Part shown: positions 37,440 through 50,389 of the stretch, in pieces
Layout of the letters: every line of letters begins with the position of its first letter
Numbering within the stretch: the first letter of the stretch is position 1
Assembly (NCBI RefSeq): GCF_006345805.1
Contig: NC_042997.1
Location: forward strand, 77,562,001 to 77,626,000
Reading direction: 5' to 3'
Length of the DNA stretch: 64,000 nucleotides
Origin: Octopus sinensis
Lineage: Eukaryota
The notes under the pieces: model-generated
The model's input: the letters and a program-made list of their open reading frames with translations, nothing else
What the model was told of the DNA's origin: nothing
Databases searched by the model: none
Translations under genes and position numbers: made by a program

Positions 37440-38500
37440 ATGCACAACAGATATGTAAAAAAAATAGCATTAATAAAAAAAAACTATTCCGTGATAGTTT
37501 ATCGGTTTCATCCTCTCTTTTCTTCATAATTGGAGTGGAGAGTATGCTTTTGGGGTAGTTGTTGCTTAATAGATTGTTACTGAACTTGATCATTTCTTCG
37601 TGGTGGGTATTACGATCGCTACTTATATTCATTGCTCGATGTTTTAGGTACTAAGCAATCCCTCTCTTTACACTGTATGGATGGTGGGAGTTGAAGTTGA
37701 GGTATCGTCCAGTGAAGGTCGGCTTGCGGTATACGTATGTCCTGAATCCATACTTGGTGCATGTTATTAATACGTCCAGGAATGCCAGCTGATTGTCTTT
37801 TTCTTTTTCCATTGTGAACTGTATGGATGGCTTTATTGAGTTCACATGATCTAATAGCACTTGAACATCTTTCAAGTGGGGCAAGAATATGAAGGTGTCA
37901 TCTGCATATCGCAGCTATAAGGTTGCTTTAGTGGTGTTGATCCTAAAGCCAAATTCTCAAAGTGTTCCATGTATATATTGGCTATTATCGGTGATAATGG
38001 CGAACCCATTGCTAAACCCTGTCGATAAATATCAGTGTCCATACTAAAGAAGGTAGTTTCTATACAAAAGGTCAACATTTTCATCAACTTTCTTATTGGT
38101 ATACAAGTGCGTTCTTTTAGATGGGTGTCTGTCATCTATTTTTCTTGAATCACCGATAGTGCTTCACCAGTTGGGACTTTGGTGAACAGACTTATCACAT
38201 CTAGATTCACCATCTGGTTGGATTCAATAGGGGTATCCTTGATCAATTCTGTGAAGTAGGTGGGATTCTTCACGTATGATGTTGACTTTCTTGCTAATGG
38301 ACTGATTATATCCACAGGGAAGCGGCTCAGTGGATGACATGCTGAACCTCACTATAGGTCTTAATGGAATACCATCCTTGTGAATCTTAGGAAGACCGTA
38401 CATGTGTGGTAGTTTACTGTAGTGTTGAGTCAGTTGTCTGTACTTCATTAGTGTAAAGTGATCCTTGTTCTTGATCAAGATCTGTGACAACTTCCTCTAC
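37440..38500 (-). pseudogene. Penelope-like reverse transcriptase fragment
   Basis: YGLPKIHKDGIPLRPIV, GLAMGSPLSPIIANIYME, IQFTMEKE, LAFLDV and VYRKPTFTGRYLNFNSHHP motifs. Confidence 0.9.
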
Positions 38501-39672
38501 TTTGCTGTAGCTACCATCACTTATAAGACTCGCAGCAAGTTCACTACTGTCTTCCTTTTTACGCGAACCTATCCTGTGACAGGTATCTCTTCTCCAGCCT
38601 GATCATACTATCGAGGTGGTAACTAAAAAAGTTAACCAACCCCTGGCCGCAGATGAAGGTACCTGTCGCTATCCTTCTTAGTCGCGTCTTCCATACCATT
38701 TCATTCAGTATGGCTACTACGCAGAAAAAAAACAAGCCTTCCATTCCCTGTTAAGGGAAGGAGGTGGCACAATCTTGACAATAGAATCAGCCGATAGCCG
38801 TACTCCTCCCATCAATGACAACAGTTGCTCGACAAAAGCTATCAGTTTCGATAATTCCGGACACTCCACGAAGGCGTGCAAGACAGTTTCTTTGTTCTGC
38901 CCGCACCTCGGGCATGTCGGCGAGACGGCACATCCGTGCATTGACAGCTTGTCTTGAACAGGCAAAGCCGAACGGTAGCACTGCCAAGCCAGGGATTTCT
39001 GGTGATTATCCAGGTACTCCGGCTCGAAAGTTCTCCTGAACAGGTTGATCAACTGACTTCCATCGTAGCCCAGGGCCTCCCCCCAGGACATCGTCTGACA
39101 TAAATTCCACTAACCCGCTATAGAAATCCGCAGTGGAGCTCCTGTTGCTGGTATTGCCCGCCCGAGAGAGTAGCTGGAGTGCCTGACGACACTCCAATTG
39201 CCAATACCCCAGCTTAGGTATTCGTTTGATCCATGGACCAATATCCATTAAGGATGTCAACTGTGGAAAGTAGAACCTTACGTGTGGTGACCACACATAC
39301 TTTCCATCCAGGTAATGCCAGAGGTGCCTCAGTCTTAACGCGAATTTTCACATCTTCAGCCAAGGCATCCCTAGCCCACCCTTTAGCAGTTTGGGGTAGC
39401 AGACAGAACGCTTCAGAAGTGGCTTTCCTCCCTTCCTCAAAGATCGGAAAAGGATTCTCTCCAACTTATTCAGTCAGAAATCGGGGAAAGGCACAACGGT
39501 CAGGCGGTAGGTGATGACAGATGCAATGAACATCTGCTCCACCTCCTCCCTTCCTAGCAAAGATAACGCCCGCCTAGACCAGGTCTCACTCCAATTCTTC
39601 TCTATCTGGAGATCTGGACCGAACCAGACCCCTAGTAACTTAACCGGACCTTCCGTCCAACGCCTTACGACG
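38500..39672 (-). pseudogene. L1/Tx1-clade ORF2 C-terminal fragment
   Basis: [15 protein letters not shown] and CPRCGQNKETVLHAFVEC (CCHC) motifs. Confidence 0.85.
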
Positions 39673-39673
39673 T

Positions 39674-39751
<78 letters not shown>

Positions 39752-39811
39752 CAATTGTTCGTTTGTTTTCCACCTGCCTTCGTCTTTTGTTTATTTTCAT
39801 AAAGCTTCCCG

Positions 39812-39862
<51 letters not shown>

Positions 39863-39866
39863 CTTT

Positions 39867-40576
39867 GGATCTATCTTTGACCTACAGATTTAAAAAAAAT
39901 ATTTTTTGGTAACTAAACACTTTCAAACTTCGGACACTGATAAAATGTGTCATATAAAACATCTTTTACTCTTAGTAGTTTTGAGAAAAACTTATATTTA
40001 CGAAGTTATTTCACGTTAAAGTTTTCGTATTTCGGTAATTTCAACCTATGACTTTGAAATAAAATTACTGAATAAAATTACTGCCGTTGTTTGTCAACAA
40101 CTATCGGCGGTGTATTTTTCGTTTGTCACTGTTATTTATGACATCGTTCGTGCGTTTGTACTGGTTTTAAGGTTTTAGGGTTAGGGTTAGGGTGTTAGGG
40201 TTAGGGTTGGGGTTTTAGGGCTAGGGTTTTAGGGCTAGGGTTTTAGGGTTAGGGTTAAGGTTTTAGGTTAGGGTTTTAGGGTTAGGGTTGGGTTAGTGTT
40301 AAGGTTTTAGGGTTGTCATAAATAACAGTGACAAACGAAACATGCACCGCCGGAAGTTCTTGTTGGCAAACAACAGCAGTAATTTTATTCAGCTGAATAC
40401 ACGTTATTGATTGGTTGAAATTACCAAAATACGAGAACTTTAACATGAAATAACTTCGTTAGTATAAGTTTTTCTCAAAACTGCTAAGAGTAAAATATGT
40501 TTTATATGACTCATTCTACCAGAGTTTAGTTACAAAAAATTATTTTTAAAATCTGTCGGTCAAAAGGTAAAGATCC
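39867..40576. mobile_element. GGATC-family foldback element (Merlin-like), 710 bp, with a telomeric-repeat core
   Basis: Long TIRs; exact 8-bp TSD atatcttt at 39859-39866 and 40577-40584. Confidence 0.9.
40163..40314 (+). repeat. Interstitial telomeric-type tract of TTAGGG with TTTTAGGG and other variants
   Basis: Directly visible; flanked by the 23-bp perfect inverted repeat gtttgtcactgttatttatgaca / tgtcataaataacagtgacaaac. Confidence 0.92.
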
Positions 40577-40584
40577 ATATCTTT

Positions 40585-40945
40585 TACTCTTTTACTTGTT
40601 TCAGTCATTTGACTGCGGCCATGCTGGAGCACTGCCTTTAGTTGAGCAAATCGATCCCAGGACTTATTCTTTGTAAGCCTAGTACTTATTCTATCGGTTT
40701 CTTTTTGCCGAACCGCTAAGTTACGGGGATGTAAACACACCAGCATCGGTTGTCGAGCGATGGTGTGTCTGTGTGTGTGAGGGGGACAAACACAGACACA
40801 CGCATATATATATTTATACGACGGGGTGCTTTCAGTTTCCGAGGCTATAGTAAAAGACACTTGCCCAAGGTACCACGCAGTGGGGCTGAACCCAGAATTA
40901 TGTGGTTGGTAAGCTAGTTACTAACCACACAGCCACTCCTGCGCC
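40585..40945 (-). mobile_element. Octopus OK-type tRNA-derived SINE with an internal deletion
   Basis: Head ggcgcaggagtggctgtgtgg...cccactgcgtgg and tail aaatgactgaaacaagtaaaag; homologous to 49966-50389. Confidence 0.8.
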
Positions 40946-43900
40946 TATATATAAGTATATATAAAGTAAATAAATATATGTGTGTGTGTATTTATATATA
41001 GTGATTATAATTTTGCGAATTGTCGACTTTATTGTTTGACCTTAGCTACTGTGCTAAGAATCGAGTCTCCGTAAGGACGAAATCTCGGAGCCTAAGGTAG
41101 CCGTAACGCGGGTATGCATTTATCTGCACACACTTCTCATACTAAAAGAGTTCTAACTAGTTCATCCTTTTGTTTTTACGAAAGTATTTGTATAATTGAA
41201 AACAAACCCAACCTTGTTTCACCTTCCAATATCACTACATATATCATATCGTCTTAAAAGACAAACCGAACGCTCATAAGAAAAAAGACGGGGTAGACAT
41301 ATAACCGATCATAGAGCTGGCCCAGAACAATCTACACGTCAACAATTAGTGTGAACATATTTAATGCCCTTAGTCTTAAAAAGCTAATTAGAAATAATTT
41401 CAAAGAGAAAAAAAAATGTCACCAGTGAAGTTATATTTCATTAAACATAACTTAAGAGTCCTAGCTACAACTAACTGCCGTCTCTGACACTATTACTATT
41501 AATTTCGCCTCGTCTATCTTTACCTTCTCCCACTCCACGATATGGCTACTACTGTCGTTGTCATTGCAGCTTCTACTGCACTAAATATTTAAACTAATCT
41601 TATCAGTTTCGTGGTTTTGTATATTAGTAGACAAAATAAATAGTTTTAATTTAATAAGAATTTATCTGATAAGGAAGCAGTATTTCATCGAATATTTTAT
41701 ATTAGTCAAAATACTTTAAATAATCCTAATTGTTTGTTTTTGAATGCAACAAATAATTATCAAGAGCAATGACTTACAAGCCGCTTTATTCTTACCTTTT
41801 GCAACAAACTATACTGAATTAATAAAATAAACAAAACTCACAAAGACAACATAGTATACTTGGAATGTATTTTTCATATTTTTTTTCAAAATACTTTTAA
41901 AAGTTTATAAAATGAACTATTTTTTACTATTCCACAATTGAGTAACTCGAATGATTAAATATTTTATATGAAATTAATATTAATAGTTATGAAAGTATAT
42001 AGACTGCGTGTGTGTGATTCGCCAGGGTATTAAGATAAGTCATTAGCATATATTACTGCGCACTAACCAGCGCAATAGTTGAACGAACTACTTTAGTTTC
42101 ACTTCTCTTACCTTCTTTTATCTTGTTACCTGGAATATTTTAACAAGTTGGCTGTTTTCGAAGCATTTATGGCTGTTTTATAATTACTTTTTGGATATCA
42201 AAACTTAAAGGATTATTATCAATTTGTAAACCTTCTTGAAAGTAAGTCTGAGTATATCTTTTTATCACATTTTGATTGTAAATTTTTTCTAACTACTTTA
42301 AAGTTGTTATAACCTCGATGGAGGCGGGTCAGGTTGAGACACCACTTTCACAGGTAGTTGTGGAGTTTGAAGCAGAAAACTTGAGAATTTTGATTTAAAG
42401 TTACGAAATAAAACCCTTATATTTAGTCAATTACTATTTTACTGGAAATATTTACCCATATAAAAATAATATTCTTTAATATTTAATGAATAATATGCCA
42501 ATTCGTGAAAATGTGTTTTGTTTTGTGTTTTTTTTTCTCAATTGTATTTATTTTCAATATTTGCTAAAACTACATTGTTTTGTAAGCAGTAGAAAGGATT
42601 TTATAAGCAGGATTTGTTTTCATTTTTTATTGCAGTCATACATTAAAAATGTTTATGCTCTACAAAGTGAAATTAAGTTCTGAAACATACTTCTGCAAAG
42701 ATAATATCTATAGTAAATATATTTGCAGTCAACCAGAACAATTAAATTGTCGAATACTTCTTGTTTGAAATTTGTAGAACACTTTAACTTTAGATTGAAT
42801 ATTAAAAAAAGTAAAATTTTATTTTAGGTGATGAAGCTTACGCACACACATATATTTAAGGCTAGGTGTTCAAGCTGTGTTCTGTTTTTTGAAGTCTCTA
42901 CCCACTAGTTGCTGCCTTCCCTGGGAGATTGTGATGTTTACCTTAGCCTGACCTACTTGTTGATAATTTTTTTTTCTTATATACATAGATTTCTGTCTTC
43001 TGTATGCCAGTCTCTCCCACTACCTTTCTCTCGTCTCTACTTCTTTCTCTCTCTGATCTATGACCACTTGTCCTCCTTTATATCCTGTTTAAATGTCAGT
43101 GTTTTTTTTCTTTTGTATACATAGACTGGGTTGAAAATTGATAATTTGAAAAGAAACATTTATTACAATTTTATTCAGTTAATATTTCTCCACGAAAATT
43201 GCTGATTTTCTTTTCCCTGAATTAATTACTTATCAAACGTCCTCTATGTTTCATAAAACTGAAATTCAAACTTGAAATGGTTACTGGGTTTAAGTGTAGA
43301 TTAATTGTTTATCGAAAAGTTAACCGACATCGAGATGTTTGTATAAAAAAAACATAAGGCTAAATTTCGATATGAGGGCGATCTGTGTGTGATGTGCAAT
43401 TAAAGAGTTCTTAAAATACAGAAGCAAAGGCGGCCAATTAGTGTGGATGATAAAAACAAAAGTTTATGATTTGTATTTATAAAAAAAATAAAATTCAAAA
43501 TATCAATATTTTGTTGGACGAATTATGAGATGTTAACATTGTCCTCGTATATAATTCCTTGATCAATAAACCAAACGGTTATGAGTTTGAAATAAGTTCA
43601 TAAGTTTTGTCAAGTATTGATTTATTCGTTGTAAGTAGTAAGTCACCAGGTAGTAATTATTAGTGTTTGTGTGTGTTGGTTGGTTTATTTTTAAAAAATG
43701 GCTATTTTTTTTAATAAGTTAGAAGGTGAGGGGGGGGGGGGCTGTATTCATGACCTTTTCAGGTCACTCAGGGATTCCGAGTGTGTAGCGGTGGTGATAA
43801 ACCAGGCGGCGTGATTTCTATTTACATTTATTGGCTCAACATTTTAGGTGCAACGGGACAAGTCAGATGGAATTTTACTGTATGCAGTTTATGCCATAAA

Positions 43901-45574
43901 TAAATGCATATTTAAAATGAGCCTCTTTGCTCATTTAATGATATATATTTATGAGATGCTAATAAATGATGCTGTTTCAGATCATTGAATCGCCGCATGA
44001 CTACATATTGGAGCATTCCTTCGGTTTTGGTCTACAGTGTCAGCCTAGCCTATTTATGTTATGAGGGATGGTTGTTTGGGGTGAATGACGTCGTGTTCCA
44101 ATATTGAAGATTGCCCAAATTGGTGTCATTTCGCCCTTCCTGGCTTTGTTTCACAATCTGTAATAATGAAAATAGTGCAAAATGCTAAAGTTACGGAAAT
44201 TGGTAAGAAACAAGTTGAGGCAGGTAGGGGAAACGATCTGAAATTTTCCTCCTGAATTTTTTCTCTCCCTAAATTTTAACATAATAGTAATCTAAGGAAA
44301 CGTACGTGTATGTGCACAAATTCATTTACAAATATACTTTTTTTTTCAGTAAGCTATGAGAAAACAAAGTCGCGTTGGCACTTTTTTGTAGTTATACCGG
44401 AAACTAATTTGCTTTTTTTAAAAAATTATTCTATTTTAAATGCATAAAACAATCTGATAAGACTAGAGAGCATTACAAGAAAATACTTATTTAAGCAACG
44501 TGTTAATAACCTGCTACTTATCTCGGCTTGACCTTTATACCATCTCCCTAAATCAGTCTCTGATATGCTGGTTTTAACATACTTTTGTACCATATTATAC
44601 TCACATCATGTTTAATGTTACACACACACACTATTCTTATTAGTTCAGCGTAGGCTTTCACTTGAATTTGCATTATTCTCGGGTCAAAAGTTGTACAACT
44701 TGTTTTTACGTGCGTACTGTTTTATGGTTTTGATTATTAACTGCTGCTTTGGTTTCTAATAAAACTTGTATAACTTATTTTAATACTTTTTAAAATATTT
44801 GCATAAGGTTACTTCCGTTTTCATGAAATTTCATTTTACTTTCGTTTTAAAGTATACTGCACAGTGATTACTTTCTTTAAGAAGTATCAAATAAAACCAA
44901 ATAATGAATCTGATGTGTTGCCAGTGCCAATAACACTCTAATTTGTGCACTGGGCCAAGTTTTCAAAGGAATGAGTAGTCGATATTATCGACCCTAGTAC
45001 TTTACATTCATTTCAACCCCGAAAAGATGAAAATCAAAAGTGACCTCAGCGGGATTTTAAATCAGAATGTAATGAGTCGGAACAAATACGGCAAGGCAAT
45101 TTTTCGAGACCTTTACGATTTTGTCTGCTCATTTTAATAATGCCTGCCAATTGAACACTTTTAGAATAATTGCATTATGTTTTAGGCTCTAATTTCTAAC
45201 CAGTCCCATTACTTTACACGTGTGAATTTATTAATTCCTTCATTCATCTTCACTGAGGTAACTTCACAAAATAATGTTGCGATGAACAGTAAAATAATTC
45301 TTCACAATTAAGAATCAGTTGGGAAACGAATGATATCTTTATAGATGTGTTTTGGCAAGTGACTTATACACTATAATCTAATTTCAGTAGACTTTTACAG
45401 TAAGCAGATATTTCAAATATATTTTATGTGGCGAAAACAACCACAATAACAAAAAGAAAAAAACCCGAGGAATGGTGGTAATGAAACTTAGAATAAAAGT
45501 GATTTACGGTGGCTCATAAATCAAACAACACTTATGCCGTCGTCCCATATGTTCGAAAGTTGAACGGTTAATAT

Positions 45575-46905
45575 ATAGTTTGACTCCCGGTCACCAAAAC
45601 AAAAACAAAAGAAGTCTAATAGGCGTAAAAGAGTGTGTGGAAAATGAATATGAAAACAAAAATTTGCGCAAACGAATAGGGATGGGGGATTATGGAGAAG
45701 ACTTACGAAAATTCACAAGATCCGATTTTTCCCTCATAACTTTCAGGAAAATGGATATCTTTTAATGAAATTTTACAGAATTTGAGGGGAAAATGTTTTC
45801 CGAAGGGGTGGGAAGAGGATTTCGGAAAATTCACGCGATCCGTTTTTTTACCCCCTCATAACTTGAAGCATCTAGTTTAGCATCTGGTCACAAAAAAAAG
45901 TCTACTAGATGTAAAAAAATGTGTAGAAAACGAATATAAAAACAAAAATTTGCGCAAACATACATGTACAATCTTCGTCTTGGTAATTATTTGACGGCAG
46001 GAAGGTATAACTTGGCTGCTTCTATGAAGAACGTGTTCAACAGACTTTCCTCATGTTGAGAAGTTATAAATAAATATCTTGTAAGATATTGTTGCAGATA
46101 TTTTGATAGAATTCCTGGCTTCTAGATCGATTCTTTTATGTTTCTCCAAAGTCTTTCAATGTTTTGTGTGTGTATGTTTCTATGTGTGCTATCTTCAAAA
46201 TTGTTAGAGTGAGGCATTTTCTCTTCATGTGGGCATATCACTGTTTGGTAATATTCCGTGTGAACGAAGGAACTCAACTAACTTATGATCGTTATAATGA
46301 AGTGCTGATGTATTCATAGTATTCAAAATTACAATCTTCACAAATATTGAAATTCTCCATTTTCGAGCACTAGTTTTCAAATGTAACAGCATCGAAAATG
46401 AAATTGATAAATTTCGAGTAAACCTTCTCCATTAGATTAGGAAAAAAACGATCGTGTGAATTTTCCGATAGTCCTCTCCCCACTCTTTCAGAAAACATTT
46501 TCTCAACAAATTTCGTTATAATCGTGATCTATGCCATATAAACGGTATTTCTATAAAATTTCATTTATATATATCCATCACCTCAATAGACGTCATTGAT
46601 TGATTGAAATTGCCGAAATGCAAGAAATTAAACAACAAATATGTTACAAACTACAGAATTTTCTCAAGAAAGCCAAGAGGAAAGATGTTTTATAAACACA
46701 TTCTACCAGTATACGAAGTTTAAAATTTTTTAGTTACATAGAAATTATTTTAAAAATCTGCCGGTCAAAGTGAAAAGATCCGTCCTCTCTCCACCCCACC
46801 CCAGGTCGTTGCACAAATTTTCGTTTTCATATTCGTTTTCTACACATTTTTTTACACCTATTAGATTTTTTTTTATTGTTTTGGTGACCGGGAGTTAAAA
46901 CTACG
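45575..46905. mobile_element. Foldback element with long imperfect inverted arms; a GGATC-family right end (46590-46781) lies in the right arm
   Basis: tagtttgactcccggtcaccaaaa...aaaatttgcgcaa (45575-45680) is inverted at 46810-46905. TSD not resolved. Confidence 0.6.
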
Positions 46906-47729
46906 AAAAGGAAAGAACATAAAAAGTACCTAGTCCCAAGAAGCCTAAGAAAGTTCACCAATACGTTATTTCCAACAGCTGGTGAATCATCAGGGACTAA
47001 GTCACAGAAGCGACGAAAATTTCAACATCTCAGGAAATTAACAAAACATCATGTGTTTGCATTCTAAAAGATCTCGTCTTGACTGTACTTACGAAATATT
47101 TTGATATTGCACAAATAAATTTTACTAAATGTGTAAACGTTTGAATATTTATGTTACTGAATGTCTAGTAGGCCCGAGCTTCTTAGAAGACAGGCCTGAA
47201 AATTCTCCATCAGATCAACTAAATTCGAAGATCACTTTCTAGTTTACTCCCCCCCCCCGCCCATGATTAAACCAAGATTGTCAAATTGCATTTATGTCTG
47301 AAAATAAAGTCTAGATTGGAGATGGTTGCTCATTCTTTAGAGCAATTGAATGACACGAAAAACTACTTGTTAATGGAGATTTGAAATTGTATTGTCCAAT
47401 GTGTCCTGTTTTAAGGCTGCAAATGGCATATGATGTGAAGAGTTTTTTTTCTTTTGTTTTTGTTAGAATTTAAGGACTTGTGTGTGAATTGAAGGCAATT
47501 TGGCTACCAGTATTCAGAGGTTCTGTCATTTTTCACCATATAGTATTGCTGTTTAGCATCAGGTTAGGTTTGATCAAGCAGATCTGTAATAATAGGCGTT
47601 TGTTTTGTATCTCAACTTTATGATACATAGCAGTTGTAGACATTGTGAGTAGTTATATAAATTGATCAGAAATGGACTAAGAAACACATTGGCCACTTTA
47701 TATAACAATGTCTTTGAAAGGTATTGATA

Positions 47730-48594
47730 CAAGGTCTGATTAATAAGTATCTGGACTATTGCCATAGTAACGAAGCTAAAGCAAGCAGAATGAAGATGCT
47801 TGGCACAGACTGACCTTGGACACTGTTTTAACATTCTAGCTCACTTTTGTTGATCACAGTAGTGCTTGGAAGGAAGGTGTATAGTGTGTGATTATCGCAT
47901 TGACCATAACATAGAAAGTTGTCATGGCAATACCTGCTCAGCGAGGCCTATGCAAAGTTGCAGAAAGTGTATGGAGAGGAGTATATGAGCTACATACAAG
48001 TGTATGAGTGGTTCAGACATTTCCAAGATGGCTGAAAATTGTCAATAGGGACAAACGTTTTGGGAGACACACAACCAGCACAACCAAGGAAAACACAGCA
48101 GACATGCATGCAGCTGTGAGGGGAAATCATTGAATCATCATCCATGAGTTACCAGAGGATGTGCAGATTAGTTATGGTTCAGTTCATAATCACTGAAGAT
48201 TTGGGTATGAGATGCATATCTGCCAAGTTTGTGCCAAAACTACTTTCAGCTGACCAAAAAGATACTCAGGTTTCAGTTGCACAAGATCTCCTTGATTGTG
48301 TCGAGAACAATGAAAACTTCGCTTACACCTTTGAGCAGGTATCACTAAGCTTTTGGCAAAATTTTATGCAGATTCTCTGCTCAACTTTCTCTGTCATGGT
48401 CAATGCGATGATTGCATGCTACACACATTCCTTCCAAGCACTGCTGTAAACAGCAGAAGTAAGCTAGAACGCTAAAACATTTTAGCAGAGCAGAGTTCAA
48501 GGTCAATCTGTGCCAAGTGGCTTCACTCTATGTGCTTTAGCTTCATTACTATGGCAACAGTCTGGATACTTATTGATCAGATCATATACCTTCA
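47730..48594 (+). mobile_element. Non-autonomous mariner with long inverted arms and an N-terminal transposase remnant
   Basis: TA-flanked termini caaggtctgattaataagtatc; remnant VYEWFRHFQDG and ISAKFVPKLL; right arm is an inverted copy of the left ~200 bp. Confidence 0.85.
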
Positions 48595-48949
48595 TATTGC
48601 TCTGCTGGGAGTATAAAGGTTGGATTGCTTAACTCATGCCAGAAGCTGTGCAGTAGATACATATACACATATCCCAGAATTTTAGTTCAGTATGACTAAA
48701 TGCCTATGTGATATAAACAGAGGACATGTAGATTTCCAATGTGAACTCGTGAACTGTTCACCTCATCACTCATTAACAAATGAGTCTAATTTTTTACCAC
48801 CTGTACCATTTTCACAGTTGATTTTACTCAGGAGATTGTTTTTTAAGAATTTATTCATTTAACCACACAATATATAGCAGTTGTAAACATGAGTGGCTGT
48901 TGTATAAATTGGCCATGCATGGACAAAGAAGAGAAATATTGTCCTTTTA

Positions 48950-49300
48950 TATATATATAAAACTGAAAAAATGCCTGGTAAACAAATGACAATGTATACT
49001 GAGTGTACAACCGGATAGGAGACAAACATAGAAGGTTCATCAGTCATCAATCAATTTAGCAATTTTTCGCAGAGAATTTAGGGCTGAGAGTATACTCTTT
49101 GCCCTAAATTCTCTGCAAAAAATTTTTGCAGGCATCACCAATATAGTTCTCAGTCTTATCATTAATGGTGCAAAACAGTATTGCTAAATTGGTTGATGTC
49201 TGATGAAGAATTAGGGATCTTTTGTATTTGTCTCCCATCTGGTTGTACACTCTGTATATGTTAAGCCATTTGTTTGTTTGTCATGCATTTTTTAATTTAT
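48950..49300. repeat. Head-to-head inverted duplication, probably of a Penelope-like 3' region
   Basis: Centre gggc-tg-agagtatactct-tt-gccc; arms share gccctaaattctctgc, ttgctaaattg, ctgatgaa, tgtctcc and ggttgtacactc. Confidence 0.7.
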
Positions 49301-49965
49301 TAATTGAATGCTATGCACACAGAATTTTATATATAAATAATATAAGGAAAAGAAGATTGGGAAGTGAATATTTATTATTAACAGCAAATTGATCATCATT
49401 CCTTACAACTGTTTCAATTAATATTCAGCAAATATTAAATTTATACGACCTGAGCATATCTTCAGAGGGTAAAAATATATACCCTTGGATGTTTTATGTG
49501 TTTATGGATTCATTATAGCAGACTGAATCAGTCTGCTATAATGAAACTTGATTAATTTGCTGTTAATAATAAACAATCTCCATTTTCTTTTTCTTCTTTT
49601 TATATGAATATAAACTATGCTTATATATATATATACCTATTATTTTAAGTAAATTAATTCTCCAAAAATACTAGATATTGAACCAGTGTTCCCTTGGATA
49701 AAACCATCCTTTCATGAGGTTAACACAACCTTTAATCGAATTTAATATATATATATCAGTTGAAAGTAACTGTTTTAGAAAGGTGTTGAATAATACCTTC
49801 AGAGTGTTTTACTTAGTGAATACAAGTTGGAATACTTAAATATATTTCATGGAACTATGTAGTGGGTAGATGCACATCTAGATTGTTTGCATATTCCATC
49901 TCTATAGTTGAGATATTTCTAAGTTTATGTTTAGACATCTCTTTTAGAGAATTTTCATTTTCTTA

Positions 49966-50126
49966 TGCGTAGGAGTGGCTATGTGGTAAGTAGCTTGCTT
50001 ACAAACCATATAGTTCCGGGTTCAGTCCCACTGCATGGCACCTTGAGCAAGTGTCTTCTACTATAGCTCAGGCCGACCAAAGCCTTGTAAGTGGATTTCG
50101 TAGACGGAAACTGAAAGAAGTCCGTC

Positions 50127-50163
<37 letters not shown>

Positions 50164-50389
50164 AATGTGTGTGTGTATATGTTTGTGTGTCTGTGTTTGT
50201 CCCCCCAACATCGCTTGACAGCTGATGTTGGTGTGTTTACGTCCCTGTAACTGAGTGGTTCGGCAAAAGAGACTGATAGAATAAGTACTAGGCTTACAAA
50301 GAATAAGTCCGGGGGTCAATTTGCTCGACTAAAGGTGGTGTTCCAGCATGGCCACAGTCAAATGACTGAAACAAGTAAAGAGTAAAGAA
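49966..50389 (+). mobile_element. OK-type SINE, near full length; further copies at 50848-51030 and 53410-53790
   Basis: tRNA-like head, internal (TA)n and tail gactgaaacaagtaaagagtaaag. Confidence 0.85.

Noticed and set aside
40163-40314. True telomere or chromosome fusion point
   Set aside because: The tract is short, degenerate, in a single orientation and enclosed by TIRs with an exact TSD.
41090-41102. cctaaggtagcc resembling the large-subunit rRNA segment at the R2 insertion site
   Set aside because: Only about 12 nt; no flanking rRNA similarity.
43751-43766. TGACCT-4 nt-AGGTCA nuclear-receptor-type everted repeat
   Set aside because: A single 16-bp motif with no independent support; may occur by chance.
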